Virus record (IMG/VR): IMGVR_UViG_3300020458_000012
Coordinates: 1-33,438 of that record
Length of the DNA: 33,438 nucleotides
Strand: one strand, 5' to 3'
From: a virus
Taxonomy: Duplodnaviria; Caudoviricetes
The notes below the pieces were generated by a model. The model was given only the letters and a program-made list of their open reading frames with translations. It was not told the DNA's origin and did no database searches. This document shows positions 16,439 through 25,916 of the stretch, piece after piece. A program made the translations under genes and the position numbers. Positions within the stretch are counted from its first letter, which is position 1, and each line of letters opens with the position of its first letter.

Positions 16439-16834
16439 TTAGTCTTCTGGCAATTCCCCAGTTTTCAAGAAGTGGAGACACTCTATTGTGGATAGTTTTA
16501 TATTCGCATAATCAACACCCTCAACCTTAGACATTTCAATTAAAAGTTTATCTGTGCTCCCTCCTATATTATTTAAAGGAAGTATCCAATGTGTCACTCC
16601 GACTTCAGTTCGTACGGGAGGGACACCAGCAGCAACAACAATAGGAAACGCCTTACCGGCTCGACTCTTCATCGCATTAAATGCGGTTTCCAATGTGTAA
16701 GGCAAAGGTGTTACTGGAGCTCCATTTTTATCCTCATTTTTTTGTGGACGAACCTTAAACTTATTAAGTAATGCTGTTGGAGCAGCCTTATTTTTAAAAC
16801 TACTATCGCTTAAAATTATAAATACATCGGCCAT
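16439..16834 (-). CDS. Hypothetical protein following the tail fibre
   Basis: Probable start ATG 16834 (MADVFII), 2 bp after the fibre stop. Confidence 0.7.
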   Translation of the reverse strand: MADVFIILSDSSFKNKAAPTALLNKFKVRPQKNEDKNGAPVTPLPYTLETAFNAMKSRAGKAFPIVVAAGVPPVRTEVGVTHWILPLNNIGGSTDKLLIEMSKVEGVDYANIKLSTIECLHFLKTGELPED

Positions 16835-16836
16835 GA

Positions 16837-18498
16837 TTAAAGTCCATATTGAGATTTCGTTGCGTTGAAATTTATAAGTGCGTCTGCCGCGACAAATTCC
16901 TGCGTGTAGCATATAAGATGACTACTTTTTTGGAGCTGATCAACGCCGTCAGTTGCTAGAGCTGCCGTAGAAACAACAGTGCAGTAATTCCATCCAGCCG
17001 AAAGGGTCGTGCCACTCACGCCGTCGACGAAGTAAAGTACGCCTGTAAAGCCGCTTGAGGTCAAATCTGTTGTAGTCGTTCCAACTGTCGGTGTGCCTAG
17101 ATCGACCACGGTCTTCGTGGTTGCATCGTGCCAAATCCATACGACGACGGTTTTCGTCGTGTCGAGTGTGGCATTCGCAGGCACTTGGATCGAATCTCCG
17201 TCCCCTACTAGGTTCAGTACTTTTGTGTTTGTGCGAGGGTCAGAAATAGCATTGCCGAGAGCGTCAACTATACTGCTCGCGTCAGATTCAGGGCAAAGAA
17301 TGTCTGAAAATGCTCCGCCTTCTGTCCCGTTGTTGCTCCCAATTGTGTCCTCCCAAGGAGTAAGACCATATCCGAGATAAGCTGCTTGAGAATTAAAATC
17401 TGTATTAAAGATAAGACCGCCAAATTCAAAGATGCCACCAAGTCCGCCTATTTCCACAAATGTTAAATCTATAGTTGGGGTACTAGTAACTTCCTCGCTA
17501 CCAATCCCACTTATAGTTGCGGTTATAGCAGAACCTGTCCGGGTTATTGTGTAGTCCCGAACAACCCCATCACCGAACGGCACAACTAGTGTCGAAAAGG
17601 TTACGCTTGCACCCCCAAAAAATGTAATAGAAAGCGCCCCTGTTGAGAAAGCTATCCGAATACGCTCTACTGTGGCACCTCCAGCAATAACCCTAGATGC
17701 TGTACGACCTGCGTCTAATAAAAAAGATCCTGTGACAGTAAAATCACCTGAAAGTGTAACCGAAGAAAGCGCAACCGTAGTATCTGAAGCATTGAAGAAT
17801 CGATACTGGTTATAATTCATTCCAGAGATTTGCGGGACTATGGACCCCTCTGCCGTGGCACCGTCTGATCCAGTGAGCGCGCCATTAAAGCTGTTTCCAG
17901 ATGCATCGAATATTGTAAGGTCATCAAGGCCTGCTGCCGATGTGTCTGAACTGATATTGCAATAACCATGAGCAATTACTACCTCCGCAGTAGAAGCGCC
18001 ATTATCTCCGATAATTGTGTATTCTGCCCAATCTGCGGCAGTGTATCCGCCGGTAGTTGCCCATCCTAGAACAACATTATTAGCGCTACCGATTGCATAG
18101 GCGCTCATATCAAACGAAGCAGTAATCCAGTTATCAACCTGCCCCGCTGAGATAACAACGCCATCTTCTCGGGCGTTACTTGCTTGGCAATAGATTGTTT
18201 GCTCCGAAGCTGAACGGATCTTTGCATCAATGCGAAGGACGCGCGTAACGCCTGAGAACCCAGAAATGTCGCCAATGGTTATCTTTTCTGAGACACCATC
18301 AAGATGAACCAATCGCCCTGATTTCAACGTGCCGTCATTGCCTTCGGGCGACAGGTCTGTAATCGTAGCAAAATTATCAGTAAAATTAGAACCTAAATCA
18401 ACAACTCTACCAGACTGAATATACCGAACGGATTCTCCTGATAAAACACCAGAAAGAGTCCCTCTTAGATTCTGGGATATTGGAGTAGAAAGAGCCAT
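16837..18498 (-). CDS. Tail fibre / receptor-binding protein with LamG-like beta-sandwich domains
   Basis: G/S/T-rich beta protein with repeated D.S.nGn.GTL motifs typical of LamG-like domain ends; last large gene of the tail module; TGATG overlap at start. Confidence 0.7.
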   Translation of the reverse strand: MALSTPISQNLRGTLSGVLSGESVRYIQSGRVVDLGSNFTDNFATITDLSPEGNDGTLKSGRLVHLDGVSEKITIGDISGFSGVTRVLRIDAKIRSASEQTIYCQASNAREDGVVISAGQVDNWITASFDMSAYAIGSANNVVLGWATTGGYTAADWAEYTIIGDNGASTAEVVIAHGYCNISSDTSAAGLDDLTIFDASGNSFNGALTGSDGATAEGSIVPQISGMNYNQYRFFNASDTTVALSSVTLSGDFTVTGSFLLDAGRTASRVIAGGATVERIRIAFSTGALSITFFGGASVTFSTLVVPFGDGVVRDYTITRTGSAITATISGIGSEEVTSTPTIDLTFVEIGGLGGIFEFGGLIFNTDFNSQAAYLGYGLTPWEDTIGSNNGTEGGAFSDILCPESDASSIVDALGNAISDPRTNTKVLNLVGDGDSIQVPANATLDTTKTVVVWIWHDATTKTVVDLGTPTVGTTTTDLTSSGFTGVLYFVDGVSGTTLSAGWNYCTVVSTAALATDGVDQLQKSSHLICYTQEFVAADALINFNATKSQYGL

Positions 18499-18797
18499 CA
18501 AGTAAGCCTGCTTGTTTTTCGGACATCATTATCAACAAACAAAATGTCAAGATCTGGGGTAGTCGAACCCGCAAGCGTGAAGCGAATATTGCAAGGACCA
18601 ATCTTTATATCCACTACACTATCTGCGGTAATTGCACCGTCTGTTTGTGCGATCCAATTTGTACTAAATGAACTCTGTGCTTCAATCGTTAAAATGCCAC
18701 CGCCAAAGTTCCCATCGATAAAAATAGTTCCTTCGCCTTGGAATGCTGTTACGGCTGTGCTGCCGTCTGCTGTTAGTGTCTCGGTAAATGCTGCCAT
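18498..18797 (-). CDS. Small beta-sandwich virion protein
   Basis: 99-aa all-beta pattern (GNFGGGILTIE...W...IRFTLAG); preceded by the TTGACAC motif. Confidence 0.7.
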   Translation of the reverse strand: MAAFTETLTADGSTAVTAFQGEGTIFIDGNFGGGILTIEAQSSFSTNWIAQTDGAITADSVVDIKIGPCNIRFTLAGSTTPDLDILFVDNDVRKTSRLT

Positions 18798-18813
18798 GAT
18801 ATAATGGGGGTTT

Positions 18814-18820
18814 GTGTCAA
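18814..18820 (-). promoter_or_regulatory. TTGACAC structural-gene motif
   Basis: TTGACA 17 bp upstream of ATG 18797. Confidence 0.6.
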
Positions 18821-18903
18821 GTTAGGGTTAGTCTCCGATTCTGTGCGCGTCCAAATTTGCGTAAGAAAGTGTAATGTCCTAAATGAATCGCTATGTCATC
18901 CAT
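18817..18903 (-). CDS. Possible 28-aa mini-ORF between two TTGACAC motifs
   Basis: MDDIAIHLGHYTFLRKFGRAQNRRLTLT; its stop TGA lies inside the downstream motif. Confidence 0.3.
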   Translation of the reverse strand: MDDIAIHLGHYTFLRKFGRAQNRRLTLT

Positions 18904-18910
18904 ACCAGTG

Positions 18911-19663
18911 TCAAGAAAGTGCAGCCACGTCGAAAGTTCCTTTTTTAAGAATTACAGGACCACGCGCAATCACATCGATCGTTGACGTCGGAGAGACAAC
19001 ATCAATCGAATAATTAGCACTTAGATCGCCATCTTCAACAGCCAATGCACGTAAAATATTCGCATTGCTCGCATTCAAGATCATAGTAAATCCATTCGTG
19101 ATCGCAATGGAAGTGTCTTCAAATACAAGTGGTTCTGCTAAGATCCGAATCAGTTGATTCTCGCGAGCGCCCGCGCCTCCCTCAACTAGCGGCAATACCG
19201 ACGCTGCACTGATTGGCTGAAGGTTTGAAGCATTGACGATGAGTGCGACTTGAGCCCCTACCGTATCAAATAGAATTTGAAACACTCCATTTGAAAACTT
19301 ATTGACTGTCACCGTATCCCCGAAAGGACCGGTATTTGTATTCATTGCGTTTAACGCAGTTTCAAGATCAACTTCGCTCACATCATAATCAGCCGTGATC
19401 GTATCCGTCCCATCGTTAATGGTAAACGTCCCACTTGTAGGTTCTAACGATGGGAGCGTAACCGAAATTCGAGGCGTATATGTGGCATCCCCACTGCGAG
19501 AATCATAGTTTCCTGCACTATCAACTAAGAAAAGTGTCACGTCAACAGTTTCACCGAAAGTTATAGTAGGGAATGTTTTTGGTGTGAACGGTTGAGAAAT
19601 ACTTGCGGCTAGTGCTGTATTCACATTCGCTCTCGCGGTGTTTACTGTTAGAGTGTTGCTCAT
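18911..19663 (-). CDS. Tail tip / baseplate-upper-like structural protein
   Basis: Beta-rich, with a PTSGTFTI...DLETALNAM insertion seen in tail proteins; position in the tail module. Confidence 0.6.
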   Translation of the reverse strand: MSNTLTVNTARANVNTALAASISQPFTPKTFPTITFGETVDVTLFLVDSAGNYDSRSGDATYTPRISVTLPSLEPTSGTFTINDGTDTITADYDVSEVDLETALNAMNTNTGPFGDTVTVNKFSNGVFQILFDTVGAQVALIVNASNLQPISAASVLPLVEGGAGARENQLIRILAEPLVFEDTSIAITNGFTMILNASNANILRALAVEDGDLSANYSIDVVSPTSTIDVIARGPVILKKGTFDVAALS

Positions 19664-19678
19664 TTACTAAGCACGCCC

Positions 19679-19685
19679 GTGTCAA
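19679..19685 (-). promoter_or_regulatory. TTGACAC structural-gene motif
   Basis: TTGACA 16 bp upstream of ATG 19663. Confidence 0.6.
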
Positions 19686-19688
19686 TTT

Positions 19689-20084
19689 TTACGCTGAAAC
19701 TGGATATTTAGGTTCTATAAAATTGATTCCCATCCAACCCGGTGCTTCTGGTATAGACACAGGCCCAGTAGAAATAATCTTACGGATCATTTTATCGGAA
19801 TATCTAAACTGAAAAACGAAAATACCGGGAAACTCAATATGCGATAAGAGAGGAAATACCGGCGGAGCTATGCTTGATTCCTTCGATTCAGAAAGCGCTA
19901 CAGTTATCTGAGTTTCCCCTTCCTTTACTATAATTGAATCATGAAGACTTGAGCCTGCCCAGGATGGTAATGAAACAGAGATTGCTTTGCATTTCGGATA
20001 TCCAATTGCTTTGAGAATTTTCTTATGACTATACCCCATCGCCCCCAGGATATTCCCAAGCTTAGCTCTTGCAGACTTGCTCAT
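19689..20084 (-). CDS. Hypothetical tail-module protein
   Basis: Probable start ATG 20084 (MSKSARAKL) by ATGA overlap. Confidence 0.6.
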   Translation of the reverse strand: MSKSARAKLGNILGAMGYSHKKILKAIGYPKCKAISVSLPSWAGSSLHDSIIVKEGETQITVALSESKESSIAPPVFPLLSHIEFPGIFVFQFRYSDKMIRKIISTGPVSIPEAPGWMGINFIEPKYPVSA

Positions 20085-21049
20085 ACGGCTTTGACCATAA
20101 TTTGAGACACTTCGTAAATGTTTCCACGCCAAGGAAGCGGATTCACAGCCTCATCTTCAGCCGCAATAATCTCAGCATTATCAATAATTGCCATATATGC
20201 CGATTGACTTGGCGACGTTGTGCTTTGAGTTATGACGCTAGTGGGCACGCCCTCCAGATCCACAGGCTCGAACTTTTTGGCTAATACAATCGTTGAGGGG
20301 TCTGAAGTCTTTACATAACGATAATTTAAAAAACTCGGAGAGTTGACAGTCGAAGACTCAGGCCGGGCTGGTTGATAGATATTTACAATTTTCCAAGCGT
20401 TCAGGTCAGGATCTTTAGTCAATGTTGTAAATCCATCTGGATATATCAGCGAACATGTAAAATTGCTTCCGACTTTCGAATCGACAGTAAATTGTAGAAA
20501 TTTCACTTCGTCAACATCGCCCGCCAAGTCCGTATAACGGAAGCCTTCTATGTACCACATAGTATAAATAATCGCAATTGTATCACCTACTGAAAAATTT
20601 TCCGACTCTTCTTCCGTTAAAGAAAACGTCACACCCCAGCTTCCCTGACTGCCTGTAACTGTAAATGGAGGACTTCCCGTCTTTTCAAAAGAAAACTCTG
20701 CTGTGCCTGTGAATAAATTAAACACATAAAGTCCATTTGGATCGGTTCTGTTTGCTGGTATGTTTGCAAATGACCGAACAAACTCAACTCGCCCCCCATC
20801 AATAGGCCGAGGGATTGAATCTCCAATATAGAAGGCTCCCGCATCGTCTCCAAAAGGAGAACCCGACGGCTTCTCTCCTGCATCAGTCATCACGTCGTCA
20901 TCGTCTAAGGGGGCATAGCTCAACACTGCAACTTGCATAGTGTGGTGATAAATCTTAGTCGCAGCATCGCCTAAGTTCCTGAGCGGGTATTCAGTCCATG
21001 CATTTGTGACTTTCGCTGTTGTAAAGGTTGCTCCAGAAGGTAAAGCCAT
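20081..21049 (-). CDS. Putative distal tail / tail tip protein
   Basis: 322-aa beta-rich ORF immediately after the tape measure. Confidence 0.6.
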   Translation of the reverse strand: MALPSGATFTTAKVTNAWTEYPLRNLGDAATKIYHHTMQVAVLSYAPLDDDDVMTDAGEKPSGSPFGDDAGAFYIGDSIPRPIDGGRVEFVRSFANIPANRTDPNGLYVFNLFTGTAEFSFEKTGSPPFTVTGSQGSWGVTFSLTEEESENFSVGDTIAIIYTMWYIEGFRYTDLAGDVDEVKFLQFTVDSKVGSNFTCSLIYPDGFTTLTKDPDLNAWKIVNIYQPARPESSTVNSPSFLNYRYVKTSDPSTIVLAKKFEPVDLEGVPTSVITQSTTSPSQSAYMAIIDNAEIIAAEDEAVNPLPWRGNIYEVSQIMVKAV

Positions 21050-21055
21050 AATAAT

Positions 21056-22651
21056 TTAATCTCCGCTTAGCGATGCATCTAATTTTCCAAGTATGTTCAT
21101 TTTTTCATCCATGCTCTTCAATGCTTCAGTTTGTTTTTTCGATTCAGCTGCTGCCGGATCAACTGGCTTTTTTGCCTGCGCGGCCATGGCAAGCTGCCCT
21201 GAGCCAGGTCTCCCCGCAGTAGTGTTGAATAAACCAGCCGCCTGTTCGCGGGTAGTCATTCTGTCATCTCGACCTGATCGTCTTTGACGCATGTCGACAG
21301 TAGATTCCTCGTGAACTGCTCGCGTCATTGCCCTTCTAGCTCCAGATTTTTGCTTCCTTCCCTCACGCTCTTGTGCGCGAATCTCCTTATCCGTTAGAAT
21401 TGAATCGCGGTTGACGTCTCCTTTTTCAAACGACTTCTCCGCTTGACGATCTTCCTTTGTTTTCTTCTTAGAACTACCCTTGCCGCTTAGAATATCTGCA
21501 TTGTCTCCATTAAAAAGTTTAGATTCACTGACCTTGTCAGCCGCTTCTCCCACTTTATCGACTGCATTTTCAACACCACGAATTGTACCAACTAAGTTGT
21601 TCCAGTCGGAAGTTATTTGATCGTCAATCTCTTCTGCCTTTTCACCGAAAACATCTAAAGCGTCTGAAGCTTCATCCTTAAAGACTCCAAAAGCGTCTGA
21701 AATAACGCTGGGCATGTCAGTGATCTCATCCTTAACTTCAGCGATCGCATCTTTTGCAGCCTTAAATAATTCCTTAGATATTGCAAATTGCCCCTGTATC
21801 GCCGCCTTCGCCGCGAGTGCTGCAAGGCCGAGTGATTCAAAAGCAGAAATGGCGGGTTGCATCGCACCGGTCACAATGACGGCAAGAGCTTTCCCGAAGG
21901 AAAATACATCTTTCCCAAGTAAAATCAAAGCCTGTCCAACAGCTCTGACCCATCCACCTAACACGCCAAAGGCAGGAACAACTACAGATAAGATATGCGA
22001 AGTGAGAACAGTCCACCAGTTCTTTGTAAGTTTGATACGATCAGAGACCTTGTCCATCCTTTCGATCGTATCCGTTGTCATTACTTGACCTGCATCCTTT
22101 GCGGCTTCCTCTAACCCCTGATACCCTCCGGGGCCTGCAAGCTCCTTCAAAATTTCTTGCATTTTAGGACCGGCTCTTTCACCTAAAATAATCGCAATGT
22201 CATTATATGCTGAAGCTTTATCAGTCGCGTTACTTTGAGCAATAGCAATGGCCTCCAATCTCTTTTCAATCGATAATTCAGCGAAAGCTTTTATGTTGAT
22301 TCCAAGGCGGTCAAAAGCTTCAGCATATCGCTTGTTCCCATTGATCGCTTCGCTTGTTCGTGTTTGAACATTACGTAAAGCTCGTTCAAGTATGCCAACC
22401 TCGACACCAGCTTTTATGGCGGAAAATTGAAGTGATTGAAGCGCAGTCGTCCCGATATTAAGCTGGATGGACATATCAGAGATTCGACTGCCCAGATTGA
22501 TCGCGGCTCGAGTCATTAACCCGATGGCTCCCACTACAAGCACTGCTCCTGCCCGAGCAAATGACTTTAGGAGCTTCATACTCCCTGCCATCCCGCGCTG
22601 GAACTGAGTGGTATCCAGCCCCAGCTTTGTCATTATTGTAGTTTTAGCCAT
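21056..22651 (-). CDS. Tail tape measure protein
   Basis: KLGLDTTQFQRGM start, Ala/Gly-rich helical body with hydrophobic segments, follows tail chaperone. Confidence 0.9.
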   Translation of the reverse strand: MAKTTIMTKLGLDTTQFQRGMAGSMKLLKSFARAGAVLVVGAIGLMTRAAINLGSRISDMSIQLNIGTTALQSLQFSAIKAGVEVGILERALRNVQTRTSEAINGNKRYAEAFDRLGINIKAFAELSIEKRLEAIAIAQSNATDKASAYNDIAIILGERAGPKMQEILKELAGPGGYQGLEEAAKDAGQVMTTDTIERMDKVSDRIKLTKNWWTVLTSHILSVVVPAFGVLGGWVRAVGQALILLGKDVFSFGKALAVIVTGAMQPAISAFESLGLAALAAKAAIQGQFAISKELFKAAKDAIAEVKDEITDMPSVISDAFGVFKDEASDALDVFGEKAEEIDDQITSDWNNLVGTIRGVENAVDKVGEAADKVSESKLFNGDNADILSGKGSSKKKTKEDRQAEKSFEKGDVNRDSILTDKEIRAQEREGRKQKSGARRAMTRAVHEESTVDMRQRRSGRDDRMTTREQAAGLFNTTAGRPGSGQLAMAAQAKKPVDPAAAESKKQTEALKSMDEKMNILGKLDASLSGD

Positions 22652-23252
22652 GTGCTTTTAAAAGTTCTGATTTCGCCGATCTAAGTCTTTTAGGTTCTGA
22701 GTATTTAGCGTCACTAGTTCTCATTCGTATTGCCCTACATGCTTGAAATACAATGCGTAAATCTATGTCAGCAACTTCGCGCGGATCAATTCCATAGGCA
22801 CTTCCGTATTCATCACATAAGAATGCAATTGATGGAATGGACGGCAACGTACTATTACGATGTGTGCCGCCAAATGATGAGCTGTTCGGCGTATCTTCAA
22901 AAGCCTCCGTGTAATGTTCAAGGCAATCATTAACCATGCCTTCCTTGTCCTTTGCAGCACTGAACTTTTTTATAAACTGTTTCCGCTTTATCTCATCCCC
23001 AAAATCAGGAAGATGTCTCCAGATATAAGCGGCTAAGTCGCCGTCGGTAATTTCCATGCCATTTGTAACAGCATTATTGGAAAGCGATAAATCACATTCC
23101 GAACGTAGTGTAAGCGGGCTAACTTCAAACTCTCCAATCAAAAAGGTCGAGGCACTCGACCATGCGTGCAATCGATCTTCTTCAATTTCCTTTTTTACGG
23201 TTGCGTAATTATTCGCCGCCGTCGCTTGCGTTTTCTGCTTCGGTAGGCTCAT
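22644..23252 (-). CDS. Tail assembly chaperone-like protein
   Basis: Position before the tape measure; C-terminal AYGIDPREVADIDL resembles gpT-like segments. Confidence 0.6.
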   Translation of the reverse strand: MSLPKQKTQATAANNYATVKKEIEEDRLHAWSSASTFLIGEFEVSPLTLRSECDLSLSNNAVTNGMEITDGDLAAYIWRHLPDFGDEIKRKQFIKKFSAAKDKEGMVNDCLEHYTEAFEDTPNSSSFGGTHRNSTLPSIPSIAFLCDEYGSAYGIDPREVADIDLRIVFQACRAIRMRTSDAKYSEPKRLRSAKSELLKAHG

Positions 23253-23415
23253 TTTTTAATTTCGTGTTTTTAGAAATCTTTGTAAAAACTGCAATTTCAC
23301 GATTAACGAGGTCATCTGCGACGCCTCTATGAATATCACATTGCACATCTTTTGCTTCCATCTTACCTCGAATTCGATGCTGAGAAAGTAATGTAATGCT
23401 TATCAGATCAGACAT
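23209..23415 (-). CDS. Small hypothetical tail-module protein
   Basis: 68-aa ORF between the tail tube candidate and chaperone. Confidence 0.6.
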   Translation of the reverse strand: MSDLISITLLSQHRIRGKMEAKDVQCDIHRGVADDLVNREIAVFTKISKNTKLKNEPTEAENASDGGE

Positions 23416-23419
23416 AATA

Positions 23420-23794
23420 TTATGCTTGGTAAGCTACAACTAGAACGCCGATTTCAAATACATCTGCTTCATCTTTAGAGCGACTCGCCTTGACATTCAG
23501 AACACGCAAAGTTGACGCTGTTCCACTGTCATCATAATCGAGAGAAAACTCAACGCCTGCTTCTGGAAATGCCGTCGAAGTAAGAGCCTTCTGTAGAGTC
23601 ATTGTGCCTTCGATTGGATCAGAAGATGCACGGGTTTGCTGTTCTACCCAATCACCATCTTTGTCAGTGCGGTTAATCCCGCGGGTCATTTCGCTTTCAA
23701 TGTCGATTGAATTCGCAATGTATGTAATCACATTGATAGTTACAATATCAAGTCCGAATGGAAAATTTGCGGGAGATGCTGAAGGTAAGGCCAT
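23420..23794 (-). CDS. Putative major tail tube protein (minimal)
   Basis: 124-aa acidic all-beta ORF after the terminator-like gene; MALPS start. Confidence 0.55.
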   Translation of the reverse strand: MALPSASPANFPFGLDIVTINVITYIANSIDIESEMTRGINRTDKDGDWVEQQTRASSDPIEGTMTLQKALTSTAFPEAGVEFSLDYDDSGTASTLRVLNVKASRSKDEADVFEIGVLVVAYQA

Positions 23795-23827
23795 AATCTA
23801 AGTTGGGTTGATTTACTTTGGGGGATT

Positions 23828-23834
23828 GTGTCAA
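23828..23834 (-). promoter_or_regulatory. TTGACAC structural-gene motif
   Basis: Contains the upstream stop; followed after 16 bp by ATC (AGTAAATC vs AGTAAATG at 19663); ATG is 34 bp away. Confidence 0.55.
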
Positions 23835-24295
23835 GCAATGCGGAATTGCATCGCATAAGTTAAAATTGATTGTTGCTTACCTTCGTCGTTGCCGCGCTCC
23901 GTGCCCGTCGGAGTTATTTTCGTTGGGGACAGAGCCCCTGACCAATATGTTGAAAGTTCTGAAGCGCCAATCTCTTCCAATAACTGTCGAGCGGTGGCGA
24001 CTAATTCACGATGACGGCTCTTAAATCCAGCATTTGTGGGACCTTCGTCACCAGATACGCGCGGCGTCAAAATTGTCACAGTAAGTACTCCTGAGTAATG
24101 ATCATACTCCCCCGCAATATTTAAACGCTCGTCTGAGATAGCACCGCCAACGTCAATCTCGAGCATAACAGTTTCATCCGGCAATTCTCCCTGACCAAGA
24201 TCGTCAGCAATACGAAGCTCAACATATGATGCATCAAATAGGGTTTTGAACCCCTGTTCTAGTGCGCTCTCAAAATCGTAATTTAGAATGTTCAT
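23831..24295 (-). CDS. Putative tail terminator protein
   Basis: 154-aa acidic alpha/beta ORF in the canonical position before the tube gene. Confidence 0.55.
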   Translation of the reverse strand: MNILNYDFESALEQGFKTLFDASYVELRIADDLGQGELPDETVMLEIDVGGAISDERLNIAGEYDHYSGVLTVTILTPRVSGDEGPTNAGFKSRHRELVATARQLLEEIGASELSTYWSGALSPTKITPTGTERGNDEGKQQSILTYAMQFRIA

Positions 24296-24298
24296 AAT

Positions 24299-25078
24299 TT
24301 ATTTCGTTTTAAATCCAGCCTTTTTCGCATTGAACTTTATCAATTTCTCTAAGTTCTTAACCATTGCAGTCATACGAAATTTCTCAACAAATATAAGGTT
24401 CCGAGCAGCAACATCTAACCCCTTTGCAGTTGCCTTAAAGGTGGCGATCGCAGGGTTTTTAGAAACTCTCACTCTCGATCTAACCTTTGAAAAATGTTGA
24501 GAAATCCACCTCGGAGGTTTTGGACGGCCAAGTTTAAATGCTGCTGAGGCCAAGGAAGCTTTCGCAATGCCAACATTTCCAACGGCACGCTTCAGCCCCC
24601 TATCCACATCCACATTTTGCAAGGCGACGATTGGCGTCGTTCCGCGCGCGACACGCCCGCGAGCATTGCGCTGCTTGTTACGTATGTTGTCACTATATTT
24701 CTCGACACGCAACCCGTGCTTATTCGACCCTGGCATGTGTTCAAGTCGTTTCTGCAAGAAGTCGGTATCACCCCGACGAATAGCCGCCCTCATCCCTTTA
24801 TCTTTCCATGAGTTCAATTTCCCGATGCGTAGAATTGCGCGATTGAATCCAACTTTCACTGACTTTATACCAGCACCCTTAGAGCCGCCCGTGGCGTAAG
24901 TCGCCTTTCCCCTTAATTTCGGAAACGACTTGAATGGTGGCGTTATCTTTGTAAGTAACTGGGCAAGTAATCCAGCCTGCTCCTTAACTACAGTGGGCTC
25001 ATCAAGCTTGAGCTTTCTTATAAGCTTCTTCGCTTGTGCTCGAAATAATGTGTCATCCACTGAGAAGCTTTTAGACAT
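24299..25078 (-). CDS. Putative tail completion / neck protein (very basic)
   Basis: Probable start ATG 25078 (MSKSFSVDD); K/R-rich; position of lambda gpZ / HK97 gp10-like genes. Confidence 0.6.
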   Translation of the reverse strand: MSKSFSVDDTLFRAQAKKLIRKLKLDEPTVVKEQAGLLAQLLTKITPPFKSFPKLRGKATYATGGSKGAGIKSVKVGFNRAILRIGKLNSWKDKGMRAAIRRGDTDFLQKRLEHMPGSNKHGLRVEKYSDNIRNKQRNARGRVARGTTPIVALQNVDVDRGLKRAVGNVGIAKASLASAAFKLGRPKPPRWISQHFSKVRSRVRVSKNPAIATFKATAKGLDVAARNLIFVEKFRMTAMVKNLEKLIKFNAKKAGFKTK

Positions 25079-25394
25079 TACGTTTACTGATCTCCAAATC
25101 CCATGATGCCGGGTTGCTATTTTGAACCATAGTAATAACAAAACGAGAGCCATCTGTCTTTTCCAGATCCTCGTCAACAGTAGGGGGGGCACCCTTTGTA
25201 AATAGAGATTTCTCAACCGTCACCATATCAGTGACCTTTGAATTGTGCCCCTGGATTACATCGTAATCCTCCGGAGCAAACTCTCCCCTAAAGACGCCTT
25301 TAAAAGTGCCCGCATGCTTACCGAGAGTAAACGTTTCCCCCATAACAGAGACGGCGGCTTTTAGGGCTGATTGATTATCACTAAAAAAACTCAT
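25071..25394 (-). CDS. Head-tail joining protein (gpFII-like)
   Basis: 107 aa; MGETFTL...FKGVF...beta-barrel pattern and position. Confidence 0.65.
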   Translation of the reverse strand: MSFFSDNQSALKAAVSVMGETFTLGKHAGTFKGVFRGEFAPEDYDVIQGHNSKVTDMVTVEKSLFTKGAPPTVDEDLEKTDGSRFVITMVQNSNPASWDLEISKRNV

Positions 25395-25399
25395 TGTAT

Positions 25400-25435
25400 A
25401 AAAAAGTGCGGCTCGCCCGTAATTGAGCGAGCCGC
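25400..25435 (-). terminator. Intrinsic terminator
   Basis: Stem GCGGCTCGC/GCGAGCCGC (25408-25416, 25427-25435) followed by a T6 tract on the minus strand. Confidence 0.8.
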
Positions 25436-25470
25436 GCGTTGCGATAATATGTGACTGGTAGAATTACTTT

Positions 25471-25866
25471 TTATAGTTTTTCTTCAGGATCTTCAGGATC
25501 TTCAGCAGCCTTTGCAGCTTTCTTTTCCTTAGCAGTTCCAGGTTTCTTACCTTTAAGTTCATCAATAATTGAAGAAGCCTTCTTCACCTGCTTCTTCAAT
25601 TCCTTCAGTTTCTTCTCAGCTTGAATCAAACGAGCATTGGCAAAAGTCTTCGCCATATTAACCAGATGATTTGCCCTGTTTTCGATTTCAGCTTTCGATT
25701 GAATCTTCTTCTGCTTATCGGTGTGACCCTTTCGGATATAAACAACTTCGCCTGGTTCGGTGCATTCCTTATACGCCTTCACGCATACGTCTGCATCCAA
25801 CGAACATTCCAAAACCTTAACGTCGCCATTTTCAGCGCGGTGGATTGTGACAGATGGTTTAAACAT
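25471..25866 (-). CDS. Hypothetical protein after the capsid gene
   Basis: 131 aa; K/A/E-rich low-complexity C-terminus with EDP repeats. Confidence 0.75.
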   Translation of the reverse strand: MFKPSVTIHRAENGDVKVLECSLDADVCVKAYKECTEPGEVVYIRKGHTDKQKKIQSKAEIENRANHLVNMAKTFANARLIQAEKKLKELKKQVKKASSIIDELKGKKPGTAKEKKAAKAAEDPEDPEEKL

Positions 25867-25874
25867 AATTTTTT

Positions 25875-25909
25875 AAAAGTTAAAAGATGCCCCGGATTAG
25901 AAGGGCATC
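25875..25909 (-). terminator. Intrinsic terminator after the capsid gene
   Basis: Stem GATGCCC/GGGCATC followed by TTTTAACTTTT on the minus strand. Confidence 0.65.
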
Positions 25910-25916
25910 AAATGAT

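Noticed and set aside
18525-18551. Additional TTGACA-N15-ATG inside the 18498..18797 gene
   Set aside because: Lacks the conserved C (TTGACAT) and leads to a short frame overlapping two better genes; probably chance
23245-23262. Tail-chaperone -1 frameshift at A AAA AAT
   Set aside because: A -1 slip meets TGA immediately; the downstream ORF is in the +1 frame and has its own ATG, so a lambda G/GT-type shift is unsupported (a +1 slip cannot be excluded)
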